A DNA stretch of 64,000 bases from an uncultured Pseudomonadota bacterium (GCA_963825385.1 CAWGSX010000003.1:1356088-1420087), one strand, 5' to 3'. Shown: positions 1-9,425, numbered from the stretch's first letter. Notes: generated by a model from the letters alone, not told the origin. A program made the numbers and translations.

Positions 1-1
1 C

Positions 2-265
2 TACCCGCACGGTGACAATGCCAAGCAGTTCGCCGTCATGGTGAGCTGGGGCATGACGCCGCTGCAGGCCATCCGGGCGGCCACGGTAACCGCCGCCGAG
101 GCGCTCGGACGCAGCGCCGATGTGGGCGCTATCGCGGTCGGCCGTTACGGCGATCTCATCGGGGTGAGCGGCGATCCGCTGCAGGATGTGACGCTGCTGC
201 AGTCGGTCGGCTTCGTCATGAAGGGGGGCGAGGTGATCAGGCAGCCGGGCGTCGCCGCGCCCTGA
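2..265 (+). CDS. Amidohydrolase family protein, C-terminal fragment (5' end outside window)
   Basis: The frame is open from the window edge. The sequence YPHGDNAKQFAVMVSWGMTPLQAIRAATVTAAEALG...GDLIGVSGDPLQDV...VMKGGEV matches the usual C-terminal end of metal-dependent amidohydrolases. Confidence 0.75.
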   Translation, partial: YPHGDNAKQFAVMVSWGMTPLQAIRAATVTAAEALGRSADVGAIAVGRYGDLIGVSGDPLQDVTLLQSVGFVMKGGEVIRQPGVAAP

Positions 266-269
266 GAAC

Positions 270-419
270 CTAATGGCGCTTGAAGTACTGCACGGCGCGC
301 TCGTGTTTCTCGGCGGCCGCGCGGCTCTTGAAGGTGCCGAGATTGCGCCGCCGTCCAGTCTTCGGGTCGAGCTTGCGTGAATAGAGGCGGTATTCACCCG
401 AGGTGAGCTTGCGGATCAT
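270..419 (-). CDS. Small conserved hypothetical protein (49 aa)
   Basis: The internal ATG at 419 gives MIRKLTSGEYRLYSRKLDPKTGRRRNLGTFKSRAAAEKHERAVQYFKRH, a basic peptide that looks like a conserved family. The upstream part of the 264-aa track ORF is Arg/Ala-rich antisense to the LysR gene and was discarded. Confidence 0.55.
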   Translation of the reverse strand: MIRKLTSGEYRLYSRKLDPKTGRRRNLGTFKSRAAAEKHERAVQYFKRH

Positions 420-543
420 GGCCGTCTCCTGAGCCGTCCTGCGCGCGATTCTAGCGCCGCCCTCGGCCGTGCCGGCGTCGGTCGCTGACCCGAGGGTCTG
501 TCGGCCAGCGATCAATGCCCGCGGCCGCGCCGCTTGTGCGCCC

Positions 544-1461
544 TCAACGTGTCTCCTGCGCCGCCGCACTCGCCGGGATCTGGGCGGTGAGCCATACGGT
601 GAAGGCCTGACGCAGCGCAGCGCTCGAGCGCTCGCCGGACTGGAGCAGGTAATAGGTCCCGAAGGGCACCCGCGTATGTCCGAGCAGGGCGAGGCGGCCA
701 CTGCGCAGCTCCGGGGCGATGAAGGCGGCAACACCGAGCGCGATCCCCTGGCCGCGCTCGGCGGCGGCGATGGCGAGGGAGTAGTCGCTGAAGTAGGCGT
801 GGCGCGCCTGCTCGAAGCCCGCAAGACCGGCCGCGGCAAACCAGCTGCGCCACGCGCGGCCGTCGTCATCGTGCAGCAGGCGCTGTCCGAGCACCGCGCT
901 GTCGTGGCGCCACTGCCGCGGCCGCGGCCGTGCCGGTGCGGCAACCGGCACGCCATGCATGGAGAACAAGCGCAGCGCGCGGGTGCCGCGGCGCGGGCCG
1001 CGCGCCCCGACCGCGAAGTAGCGGATGGCGAGATCCGCATCGCGTCCGAGCTGGCGCAGCTCATCGGAGGTCTCCAGCTCCAGCTCGATCAGCGGATGCG
1101 CCGCGGCGAAAGTGCCCAGGCGCGGCAAGAGCCAGCGCGAGGCGAAGGCCGGCTCGGCCGACAGGCGCAGGCGCCGGGTCTTCTCACCGCGCACGGCCTC
1201 GACCGCGCGGCCTATCGCAAGAAATGCGCTGCCGAGTTCGGCTGCGAGCGCGCGCCCGGCGGCGGTGAGCTCGACGGCGCGGTGCAGGCGGCGGAACAGC
1301 TCCCGGCCGAGATCGCGCTCCAGAGCGCGCACGTGGCGGCTGATCGCGGCCTGCGAGACGTGCAGCTCGCGCGCGGCCTCCGTAAAGCTCAGGCGACGGG
1401 CGGCAGCCTCGAAGGCACGCAGTGCGAGGAGCGAGGGCAGGCGCGTCGCGCTGGCAGACAT
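544..1461 (-). CDS. LysR family transcriptional regulator (GcvA-like)
   Basis: N-terminal wHTH LPSLLALRAFEAAARRLSFTEAARELHVSQAAISRHVRALERDLGRELF followed by a LysR substrate-binding domain. It is divergent from the cytochrome c gene. Confidence 0.9.
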   Translation of the reverse strand: MSASATRLPSLLALRAFEAAARRLSFTEAARELHVSQAAISRHVRALERDLGRELFRRLHRAVELTAAGRALAAELGSAFLAIGRAVEAVRGEKTRRLRLSAEPAFASRWLLPRLGTFAAAHPLIELELETSDELRQLGRDADLAIRYFAVGARGPRRGTRALRLFSMHGVPVAAPARPRPRQWRHDSAVLGQRLLHDDDGRAWRSWFAAAGLAGFEQARHAYFSDYSLAIAAAERGQGIALGVAAFIAPELRSGRLALLGHTRVPFGTYYLLQSGERSSAALRQAFTVWLTAQIPASAAAQETR

Positions 1462-1691
1462 CTCCCATAATTTTAAGTTATCCGACGAGGCGCCACAAAT
1501 CGTTTGTCCGCGCGGCCTGCGCGCGCGTTAATGCGCCTCAGGAGCTGAGCCGGAGGCTGTCATGAATCTTTACGCGCGCAGTATCGTTTTGCTGTGGGAG
1601 ACCGCGCTGCGGGCGAGCCGCGCGGACGGCGCCTGCGGCGGCCACGGCGGGGCGGAGGGAATAAAGCCCGCGCGCTCGGGGTCTTGTGGGC

Positions 1692-2102
1692 ATGAACACG
1701 CCAGCCCGTGCCCGCCCGCTCCGATCGGCGCCGTCGCCCGTGCTGCTGCTCGCGGCCGCGCTCGCCTGTATCTGGTGCAGCCTGCCGCTGCAGGCAGACC
1801 CTGCCGCGGGTGATGCGGCACGCGGCAAGACGCTCTACCAGGCCTGCTCCGGCTGCCACTCGATCGATGAGAACGATGTCGGGCCCAAGCACCGCGGGGT
1901 CTACGGTCGCGCGGCCGGAAGTGTGCCCGACTACGGCTACTCGCCCGCGCTGAAGGCCTCGGGCCTCACCTGGGATGCAGCGACCCTGGATCGCTGGCTC
2001 ACCAGCCCGCAGGCTCTGGTGCCCGGGGCGAGAATGTTCTTCTCGCTTCCCGATCCGCAGGCGCGCGCCGACATCATCGCCTACCTGGCGCAGCTGAAAT
2101 GA
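1692..2102 (+). CDS. Class I c-type cytochrome (cytochrome c2-like), secreted
   Basis: Signal peptide, CSGCH heme-binding motif, GPKHRGVYGR and a distal Met region (PGARMFF). ATG at 1692; the track start at 1686 is GTG. Confidence 0.85.
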   Translation: MNTPARARPLRSAPSPVLLLAAALACIWCSLPLQADPAAGDAARGKTLYQACSGCHSIDENDVGPKHRGVYGRAAGSVPDYGYSPALKASGLTWDAATLDRWLTSPQALVPGARMFFSLPDPQARADIIAYLAQLK

Positions 2103-2150
2103 TGCGGCCGTGCGGGCGTGACGGGTCAGGCCCGTCAGCGCCTGCGGCTC

Positions 2151-2429
2151 TTACTGCTTGGCGTTCGGGTCGGGAGCGGACTCGGCCTTGGGCGGTGCCT
2201 TGCTGACCGCTTCCTGACAGGCGGTGGTCAGCTCGCCCTTGTGGGAATTCAGGCAATCGAGAATGCGTCCGCCGCCGCGTGGCACCCCGGAGCAGAACTT
2301 CTGGTAGTCGCCCTTGCAGGCCGTGCGCGCCGAGGGCGCTGCGGGCTGGGGCGCGGGCGGGGTGTCCTGGGCCATGGCGCTTGCACAGTACAGGGCCACG
2401 CAGGTCATCGAGAGGAGCCACGCTTTCAT
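2151..2429 (-). CDS. Secreted cysteine-rich repeat protein
   Basis: ATG at 2429 preceded by GAGGTG. Signal peptide MKAWLLSMTCVALYCASAMA, then CKGDYQKFCSGVPRGGGRILDCLNSHKGELTTAC, which has the pattern of the cysteine-rich repeat family. Confidence 0.7.
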   Translation of the reverse strand: MKAWLLSMTCVALYCASAMAQDTPPAPQPAAPSARTACKGDYQKFCSGVPRGGGRILDCLNSHKGELTTACQEAVSKAPPKAESAPDPNAKQ

Positions 2430-2552
2430 AGAATCACCTCGTCGGGGGGATGGGGACGTTCGCGTCCACCGGTGCTGCACAGTACCGCACGAGCAGCCTG
2501 CCGGTGTGTTACGAAACCTGCGGTGTCGGTAAGCAAACTTCGGCTCCGAGCC

Positions 2553-2915
2553 TCAGCGGATGGTCTTCTCGCGCACCGGCGAAGGCAGCCCCTCGGTACC
2601 GGCGCGGGTATAGGCGGCGACGGTGAAGTACCAGGTGCCGGGGGCGAGGTTGGTGATCACGTAACCGCGCGCCGCGGGATCAGCGACCACCGCGAGCTGG
2701 GCGAGCGCCGCAGGGGAGGTTCCATAACGAATGTGGTAGCCGGCCACCTGGCCGAGCGGGTGCCCCTGCGTGTCCGTGGTTACCGCTTCCCAGCTCAAGG
2801 TCGCCGTGCCGGGGAAGCGGTCCGCGGTCACGCGCTCACACGCCGCCAGCAGTGCCAGCGCTGCGATGACGGCGCCGCATGTGGTGCACGCAAAACCTCC
2901 AGCCGCGCCACTCAT
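2553..2915 (-). CDS. Lipoprotein with fibronectin type III-like domain
   Basis: Start chosen at MSGAAGG. Lipobox LLAAC. LSWEAVTTDTQGHPL..GYHIRYGTSP...LAPGTWYFTVAAYT is FN3-like. Confidence 0.65.
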   Translation of the reverse strand: MSGAAGGFACTTCGAVIAALALLAACERVTADRFPGTATLSWEAVTTDTQGHPLGQVAGYHIRYGTSPAALAQLAVVADPAARGYVITNLAPGTWYFTVAAYTRAGTEGLPSPVREKTIR

Positions 2916-2940
2916 CCGTGCGCCGGCGCCGCCGCTTTTC

Positions 2941-3165
2941 TCAGTCGGTGCAGTCATAGACGGTGATGCCCTGGTCGCGGCGGGCGACGGCATGCTTACC
3001 CTGCGCGGCACAGTCAGCTTCGGCCTGCTCGAGCTGGCGTGCCTCGACCCGCTGGTCGGAGGTGGGGCGGATCTCGTTCGGGGAGGAGGGGTTGTCCATC
3101 GGCGGGGCGCTGGAGCAGCCCGCCAGGAACAGTCCGTAGAGGCACGAAGTTAAGCGCATGACCAT
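2941..3165 (-). CDS. Small lipoprotein, unknown function
   Basis: Signal peptide with lipobox LAGC (MVMRLTSCLYGLFLAGCSS). Two further Cys residues near the C-terminus (EADCAAQG...VYDC). Confidence 0.55.
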   Translation of the reverse strand: MVMRLTSCLYGLFLAGCSSAPPMDNPSSPNEIRPTSDQRVEARQLEQAEADCAAQGKHAVARRDQGITVYDCTD

Positions 3166-3285
3166 ACCTCGCGTGTTGTTCTGCCGGGAGCGGGTGCAGT
3201 ATTACATGGCTCGGGCGGGATGGGAGCGAGCTACGGAACGAGGGGCGTCCGCGGACGGTCGGACCCTTCAGGAGGTGTCGCGAAC

Positions 3286-3579
3286 ATGAAGGGCTTGCGG
3301 TTTATGACTGCGGCGCTGGTGCTGCTCACCGGCGCCTGTGCGCACCAGGCGGTGCAGGACATGGGCCACGGTCAGCATTCCCTGACCGCGGTCTCGGACT
3401 CCGGGGGCTACTCCGGCAGCCACGAGGCGGCGGTCGAGGAGGCCAATGCGTACTGTAGCCGCCAACGGCAACAGGCCGTTGTGGATGGATTCTATGACCG
3501 TGCCGCGCTCGGTCCGGACGGGACCCATGCGAGCAGCCTCATCTTCCGCTGCGCACCCCCGACCCACCTCAGCTTTTAG
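3286..3579 (+). CDS. Small lipoprotein, unknown function
   Basis: ATG at 3286 with GGAGG upstream. Lipobox LTGAC. C-terminal pattern AYCSRQRQQAVV...LIFRC is shared with the neighbouring small lipoproteins. Confidence 0.6.
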   Translation: MKGLRFMTAALVLLTGACAHQAVQDMGHGQHSLTAVSDSGGYSGSHEAAVEEANAYCSRQRQQAVVDGFYDRAALGPDGTHASSLIFRCAPPTHLSF

Positions 3580-3868
3580 GGTCGCAGCGGAACTCCAGCT
3601 CTGCGTGGTCGGGCGACTCCGCCGGCGAGCTGGCGATGTCGGGGGTCAGAAGCTGCAGCCGGCGATGCTGCTTTTCGCAGAAGGCGCCGGCGCGCTTCAG
3701 GGCGGCGGCGCGGGCGTCGATGAACGCTGAGGTGGCAGTCTGCGTGATGAGATAGACATCGTTGCCCTCCGGCGCGATCTGCGCCGGGTAAAGCGGCGCG
3801 CAGGCTCCAAGCAAGAGCGCCGCGCACATAAGGCCGCCGCAGCTGCCTGCGGCCCGGCCCGGCAAGCG
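3569..3868 (-). CDS. Small lipoprotein, unknown function (start uncertain)
   Basis: Lipobox LLGAC. A TTG at 3868 lies 6 nt after GGGAGG. Alternative starts are GTG 3874 and ATG 3958. The C-terminal AFCEKQHRRLQLL...LEFRC pattern resembles the ORF at 3286-3579. Confidence 0.5.
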   Translation of the reverse strand, partial: RLPGRAAGSCGGLMCAALLLGACAPLYPAQIAPEGNDVYLITQTATSAFIDARAAALKRAGAFCEKQHRRLQLLTPDIASSPAESPDHAELEFRCDPKS

Positions 3869-4075
3869 GGCCACCCTCCCTGTGCTGTCTGTTGGCTGCA
3901 AGGCCGCCCCCTGTGTTTTGCCGACAGTGTGCCACGCCAGGGCGCCGGTTCCGGTCATTACGGTTAAGTCCTGTCGGTGCGCGCCGACCCCCGGTTGGGG
4001 ACCGCATGGCGTTGTAGCGCGCTGGGCCCGAGCCTATGGTGACGCTCACCCCCAAGTCGTGCAAAGGGTCCGCCG

Positions 4076-4222
4076 ATGATCGTCATACTCCTCAAGTGCG
4101 TGGTGATGTTCTCGGCCTCTTTCGTGGTCACGGCCCTGTGGATCGAGTTCAGCGAGCGTACCGGGCGTTTGCGGCGTCCCCTCGACGCCACGATGTTTGA
4201 CCCGGACCTGCTGCAGTGGTGA
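4076..4222 (+). CDS. Possible 48-aa single-pass membrane peptide
   Basis: This ORF is not in the track (under 60 aa). MIVILLKCVVMFSASFVVTALWIEFSERTGRLRRPLDATMFDPDLLQW has a hydrophobic N-terminus and high GC3 codon usage. No homology knowledge supports it. Confidence 0.3.
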   Translation: MIVILLKCVVMFSASFVVTALWIEFSERTGRLRRPLDATMFDPDLLQW

Positions 4223-4557
4223 GCGTGTGCCGGTGTTGTATCTGATTCTCGCCCCTGCGTGCTACGCCGGCCCCCGGCCACGCAGCGCCGGCTTTGCCGG
4301 CCGCCAGTGCCGCACCGGGCGCCGCCTGTGCGCCACCCGGCAGCGGGGTACGCCAGGCACCGAGCGGGTCTGCCAGACCGTGCGCCGCTTCGGCTATCCT
4401 CTGATCGATAACTGATCACTAACTCGTCCCCCGCGAATAAACAGCCGGCGCCGCCTGCGACCCCGGCAGGCCGTTGGCGGGTGCGCTTGCGCGCAAGCAT
4501 CGACCGTAGTCACGGCGGTGATGGCCGCGCGAGCAGCCGGACGGGCGCCGCTGCGCC

Positions 4558-6111
4558 TCAGTGAGTGTCGAAGAAGCTCTTGACGGCGCTCAGACAGAAC
4601 GGTGGCACGAGTCCGGCGTGGTAATCCGCGAGCACGGCCGCCGCGCCGCCGTCGGTAGCGCCGCCGGCGATGGCGGCGGCAGCGACCGCCGCCTCGGACG
4701 CCTGGAAGCCGTTCTTGAGTGTCGCGTAGGGATCGCTCAGGGTCACCCCGGAGTCGATGTCCAGCACCACCGGCGTCACCGACGGCGCATGCGCGCTCCA
4801 GTACTGCTGCATCAGGGTGGTGTTGAAGAAGAACACCGTCGGATCCGAGTCTCCGCCGCACCACAGGGTCGGCACCGTGGGCGACCAGCCGCGCAGGTCG
4901 TTTGCCTTCAGGTGTACCCGCAGCGCCTGCGTGGGGTCTGCGGCCGGCAGCCCCGTGGTGAGAGTGGGGAAGCCGCCGTCGGGATGGGCGAGGGCATCGG
5001 CCAGGTAGCTGGCGCGATAGGGGTTGGTCAGCAGATAGTCAGTGCCGAAGCCGGATGCGAATACACTGGCGAGGTTAGCCGGCTCAGTAGCCGGGGTGTA
5101 CACGGCATAGCTCGCCTGCGGTGGTGAACTGTCAAAGAGCGCCGCCGGGAATTTCCCCGCCGCCTCCAGATCGCTCAGCGTGGTGGTGCCCGGCAAGAGC
5201 GTGGGGATGCTAGCGGCGTAGGCGGCGCTGAACACCTCCCCGGGCGCGCTGTACAGATCGCCGTACGCGTTCTGGTAGCCGACGATCACCAGCGTGAGAT
5301 TGGCCGTTGCGCTTGCGCTTACCTCGCCCTCGAAGATGGCATCACCGAAGGCCGCCAGCGCGTACGGTCCGGACATCGGCGCCGCCGCCGTGACCGTGGC
5401 GCCCTGAGCCTGCAGGGCGCGCGCCGTCGCCGCCGCCACATAGCCGCCCTCGGAGTAGCCGGTGACGTAGAGCTTGCCGCCGTCGGATGAGTCGGGAGCA
5501 TCGGCGGTCGGCAGCGCCGAGCGCGCCGCATGCAGCGCGTCGATCATCTCACCGGACTGCTGCGTGGCGATGAGATAGGGGTGGTAGCCGAGTGTGGAAG
5601 TGTCGTAGCCGAGGTAGTTCGGGGCGATGACGATGTAGCCCTCGGCGGCGAATATCGCCGCGAGCAGCACGCCTTCGGCGTTGTTGGCGGCGTCGAGCTG
5701 AGCGATGTCGTAGTCGCGCTCGGTCGAGGTGCCATGCGCATAGAGCACCACGGGCCGTGCGCCGCTGCACGAGCCGCTGCCGCTCGGCACCATCAGGGCG
5801 CCGGAGGCCGGCGTGAGCACGCCGTGCGGATCGGCGGTCTGATAGGTGAGGTGATAGATCGTGATCGTGCACGCGGGCGTGTAGGCGAGCTGCAGAAAGG
5901 TCTTGCCAAGAGCGCTGCCGCCCAGCAGTGCCAGAAGATCACTGGGCCCGAGGGTCGCTACCTTCGCGGGTGGACTCGCCAGGAGTGCCCCGCGCGGCAC
6001 GCTTCCGGGCGCAGAAGCCATGCCGCTGCTGCTGTTGCCGTCCGAGCCGCCGCAGCCGCTGAGCGTCGCGGCGAGGGCGGCGAGCACGAACATGTGCTTG
6101 AGGGCGGTCAT
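4558..6111 (-). CDS. Secreted lipase-type alpha/beta hydrolase lipoprotein
   Basis: Lipoprotein signal MTALKHMFVLAALAATLSGC. Nucleophile elbow GYSEGG. Its size and layout resemble secretory lipase (LIP) family enzymes. Confidence 0.8.
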   Translation of the reverse strand: MTALKHMFVLAALAATLSGCGGSDGNSSSGMASAPGSVPRGALLASPPAKVATLGPSDLLALLGGSALGKTFLQLAYTPACTITIYHLTYQTADPHGVLTPASGALMVPSGSGSCSGARPVVLYAHGTSTERDYDIAQLDAANNAEGVLLAAIFAAEGYIVIAPNYLGYDTSTLGYHPYLIATQQSGEMIDALHAARSALPTADAPDSSDGGKLYVTGYSEGGYVAAATARALQAQGATVTAAAPMSGPYALAAFGDAIFEGEVSASATANLTLVIVGYQNAYGDLYSAPGEVFSAAYAASIPTLLPGTTTLSDLEAAGKFPAALFDSSPPQASYAVYTPATEPANLASVFASGFGTDYLLTNPYRASYLADALAHPDGGFPTLTTGLPAADPTQALRVHLKANDLRGWSPTVPTLWCGGDSDPTVFFFNTTLMQQYWSAHAPSVTPVVLDIDSGVTLSDPYATLKNGFQASEAAVAAAAIAGGATDGGAAAVLADYHAGLVPPFCLSAVKSFFDTH

Positions 6112-6796
6112 GCGCGCAGATTCTGCGGGCGCTCAGGGTGGTGCGGGTGTCGGACGGACGCTGATTCGGGGGTAGTGCAACGCGCGCAGCGCGGGTGACC
6201 GCGGCGCCGGCGCCTTTATTCGACCACAAGGGCATGAACATGCCAGCGAAATCGAGCCACGCGTATCGGTCAGCGGGCAGAAGCGCGCAGAAAGGTCTGC
6301 GGCCCGGCAATTTCCCGCTCGCGCGGCGCGACAGGATCGAAGCCGCGCGAGCGCACTTGCACAAGATGGGATGCCGTCTGACGCACGGCCGCGCGCCCGC
6401 GCCGAGCCTGAATCCGGCGCCCGCTCCGTACCCTATGCGAGGAGCTAGGGGCAGCCCGCCTGCGGCCAACCGGTCGGCGCAGGATGGCTTGCTCGGCGCG
6501 GTGGGGCGTGGCAAGCCCGAATTCCGGCTCAGTCCGCTCTTGAGCCGCTTCACATTATTTCGGACGCGGAGCGGGATGCGGTTCCGCTAAGTGGATTTTA
6601 CGTACGCGGCGGCGGCAATAGTGCGACCTGTGCCCACGACCCCGGGCCGCAGAAGGAGAAGTGTTGAGGTGCGGAGTCAAGGTGCGGCGCCACGCGGTTT
6701 GAGTGGCACTTGACTGAGCGATCCGGGACAGCAGTTTCGGTCCGCGCTAGGCGCCGCTGCAGTGCCGGGTCGCTCAGCAGTTTTCGGAGTAGCCCA

Positions 6797-7267
6797 ATGG
6801 TGAGTCTGCTGGCCGCGGTAGCGGTGTTCGCGACGATCGATGAGGCGGCCATTTACGCGTTGAAGCACGCGGCGGCGATCTGCGATCCACAGTACGAGTG
6901 CGGCGGAGTGGTGCGCGCAGTATCGGGTGGCTACGAAGCCTCACCGCTGATCTCCTCGAAGAAGCCCTTTGGTGTGGATCTGGGCGAGTTCTACGGCCCC
7001 GATGTGGTCGCCGACTTTCATACGCACATCTGCTCCATTCACAACAAGCCGTTCGCCGACTTCTTCTCGACCTCGGACGCGATGGCGAATGAGGGCCTGC
7101 ATACGGTCGGGTACATGCTCAGCATGTGCGACTGGAATATCCGCCGCTACGATCCGGCGCAGGACGATCGTGACGACGAGGAGGTCGATTTCCGCAGCGG
7201 CCGCGTCATCTATCTGACGATCGGGCACATCGTCGGCTGGGTGCCGAGCGATGACCTGGTCCGCTAG
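6797..7267 (+). CDS. DUF4329-like protein
   Basis: ATG at 6797 preceded by GGAG. IDEAAIYALKHAA...YECGGVV...DFHTH...FSTSD matches my memory of DUF4329, a domain often found at Rhs C-termini. Confidence 0.65.
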   Translation: MVSLLAAVAVFATIDEAAIYALKHAAAICDPQYECGGVVRAVSGGYEASPLISSKKPFGVDLGEFYGPDVVADFHTHICSIHNKPFADFFSTSDAMANEGLHTVGYMLSMCDWNIRRYDPAQDDRDDEEVDFRSGRVIYLTIGHIVGWVPSDDLVR

Positions 7268-7420
7268 CCTGCGGCCGCTGCGGCAAGAAAGTGTAAGACC
7301 CAGCCTACGCCGCAGACCGGCTTGCGCTGCTGCGCCCAAGTTGGGGCAGGCCTCATGGTACGAACCCCGCGGCAGCCACTGCGCGCCGCCGCTTCGGTTC
7401 CAGTCCACCAGAGGTCAACC

Positions 7421-7672
7421 ATGAGATCCATGCTGATTACGCTTGCCGCGCTTGCGCTGGCGGCGCCGGCGTTCGCACAGGTCGGCACCGCCGTCAAAGA
7501 GACCGGCAAGGCAACCGCGGAGACGGCCAAAGAGGCCGGTGACGAGGTCAAGGGGGCGGTGAGCTCCCAGCCGGACAAGGCAATTGACAAGACCAAGGCA
7601 CAGGTGCACAAGCAGAAAGCCAAGGCGCACTCGCACGCCGCCAAAGAGGCCGCGAAGGACGCCACCAAGTAA
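7421..7672 (+). CDS. Small secreted Lys/Ala-rich protein
   Basis: Signal peptide MRSMLITLAALALAAPAFA followed by a low-complexity K/A/E-rich tail. A strong terminator follows. Confidence 0.6.
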   Translation: MRSMLITLAALALAAPAFAQVGTAVKETGKATAETAKEAGDEVKGAVSSQPDKAIDKTKAQVHKQKAKAHSHAAKEAAKDATK

Positions 7673-7679
7673 CAGCGAG

Positions 7680-7710
7680 GGCCGCCGCCCCGGCATGCGG
7701 GGCTGCGGCC
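7680..7710 (+). terminator. Rho-independent terminator candidate
   Basis: GGCCGCCGCCCCG-GCATG-CGGGGCTGCGGCC forms a 13-bp stem with one mismatch and is followed by ATTTGGCTGTTT. It lies 8 nt after the stop at 7672. Confidence 0.55.
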
Positions 7711-7814
7711 ATTTGGCTGTTTCCGGGCGTGTGCTCCGGAACCGCCGGCGGCTGACCGGCGTCCTATACTTGTGGGGCCTTACTTTGGGCATCGGGCGGC
7801 CGAGGAGTCAGCCT

Positions 7815-8258
7815 ATGGTGGTCAAACAGCTGCTGAGCGCCAAGCGCGCGGATCTGATCTACGTCGCTCCTGCGGTCTCGGTCGGCGCGGCCATCCGGCT
7901 GATGCAGCGCGAGCAGGTCGGGGCGGTTCTGGTGCTCGATGAGAACGACCGCCTGCTCGGTCTGGTCTCCGAGCGCGACGTCGTGCACGCGCTGGCGCTC
8001 GATGCCGAGAACCTGCTCGAGCGGGCCGTCATTGACATCACCCCGCGCGATACCCCGGTCGCTGCGCCTCAGGACTCGGTGCAGTCGGTCATGGCGACGA
8101 TGACGGCGTCGCGCAGCCGGCACGTGGTGGTGGTGCAGTTCGGGCGTGTGGTCGGCGTCGTGAGCATCGGGGACGTGGTCAAGTCACGGCTGGATGAGAA
8201 GACGCAGGAGAACGCCGTCCTGCAGGAAATAGCGCGCGCGCAGTTCTTCGCCAGCTGA
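7815..8258 (+). CDS. CBS domain pair protein
   Basis: ATG at 7815 with GAGGAG upstream. Two CBS motifs are present (VGAVLVLDENDRLLGLVSERDVV and HVVVVQFGRVVGVVSIGDVV). Confidence 0.85.
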   Translation: MVVKQLLSAKRADLIYVAPAVSVGAAIRLMQREQVGAVLVLDENDRLLGLVSERDVVHALALDAENLLERAVIDITPRDTPVAAPQDSVQSVMATMTASRSRHVVVVQFGRVVGVVSIGDVVKSRLDEKTQENAVLQEIARAQFFAS

Positions 8259-8305
8259 CCCGCCCCATCCGCCCATCACCCGGTATGCGCGGACAGCCCG
8301 CGCGG

Positions 8306-9265
8306 TCAGTCGGGGTGTGCGGATTGCGCGGTGCCGGCGCCGCGGGTGGCGCCAAGGAAATCGAGCAGCGCAGCGGCCACCTCCGGGGCGGTGTCCTCAA
8401 GGTGAGCGGCATGGTCGCCGCGGCCGACGATGATCCAGCGGCGCTCGGGCGTCCCGAGCCGCGCGAAGAATGCCCCCGCCACCGCGGGCTTGAACGCCGG
8501 ATCACGGGCTCCGTACAGCATCAGCGTCGGCACGCGGATCGCCTCCGGCCTTATGGCCTGGAACTGGACATCGCAGCACACGTCAGCGCGGATCGGGTCG
8601 GTGCTGAGGGCGGCGGCGACGAAATCGCGGATGAGCTGCGGACTGGTGACGGCCGGGGAGACGAAGTCCTCGGCGGCCTGGGCGGCGGTGTTGGGCCGCG
8701 CGGGGGGTGGCCCGGAAGCCGGGCCGTTGTCCGGCGGCGCCTCCAGGTTCAGGTTGAAGGCATACAGGATAAGTCCGCTCAGGGGCTGCCGGTCGCGCGT
8801 GGCCACGAGTGCCGAGATCTTCGAGCCGCGCGACCAGCCCAGGAGCACCGCGGGAGGCAGGTCGGGATGGCGGCGCCTTAAGGCACCCAGGGCCGCCTCC
8901 ACCTGCGCGGCCGCCGCATCGGGCTCGAGCCAGCCGGACGGATCACGCGCGGTGGCGCCATAGCCTGGCAGATCGATGGCATACGCGGCATATCCGCCCG
9001 CGGCGAGGGCTGCCAGCAGCGAGCGGCTGCCTGAGTGCGCCGCAAAGTCGAAGGCGGGGCGGGCGCTCCAGGTGCGCCCGTGAACGAGCAGCACGACGCC
9101 GCGCGGACGTGCCGGCCGCCGCGACCAGAGCATCAGCGGGTGGCCGGGTGCGTCCACCCTGAGTTGCCCGGGTGCGGAAGCGGCATCCGCAGGGTTCGCA
9201 GCGCCAAGGGCGCACAGCAGGGCCACCCCTGCAAGCCACAGACTCATCCTGCGATGTCGGCGCAT
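8306..9265 (-). CDS. Secreted alpha/beta hydrolase
   Basis: Start at MRRHRRMSLWLAGVALLCALGAANPADA (signal peptide). VVLLVHG, nucleophile region GWSRGS and a C-terminal GDH. Confidence 0.8.
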   Translation of the reverse strand: MRRHRRMSLWLAGVALLCALGAANPADAASAPGQLRVDAPGHPLMLWSRRPARPRGVVLLVHGRTWSARPAFDFAAHSGSRSLLAALAAGGYAAYAIDLPGYGATARDPSGWLEPDAAAAQVEAALGALRRRHPDLPPAVLLGWSRGSKISALVATRDRQPLSGLILYAFNLNLEAPPDNGPASGPPPARPNTAAQAAEDFVSPAVTSPQLIRDFVAAALSTDPIRADVCCDVQFQAIRPEAIRVPTLMLYGARDPAFKPAVAGAFFARLGTPERRWIIVGRGDHAAHLEDTAPEVAAALLDFLGATRGAGTAQSAHPD

Positions 9266-9425
9266 CACAAATCCCCGCGCGCACCGGTTGTGCGGGTCAG
9301 GCCCTACGCTACCGGAATCGCCGCGCGCCGGTTGACCTGCGCCGCGGACGCGCCTCACCCATCCGTAGCCCCGTGTGCCCGCAGCGCAAGCGCCAAGTGG
9401 TCCCGCCCGAGGCGGTTCTGGCACC

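Noticed and set aside
469-1470. 333-aa plus-strand ORF and several others overlapping the LysR gene
   Set aside because: It is antisense to a clearly recognisable LysR regulator. The product is Arg/Ala/Gly-rich low-complexity sequence, typical of shadow ORFs in high-GC DNA.
4485-4498. Perfect 14-bp palindrome GCTTGCGCGCAAGC downstream of the lipase gene as a terminator
   Set aside because: The loop would be too tight and no U tract follows on the relevant strand. It may be a protein-binding palindrome, but there is no further evidence.
6195-6590. 131-aa ORF in the 6112-6796 gap
   Set aside because: The product is Arg/Ala/Pro-rich with no start context or motif. It is probably non-coding.
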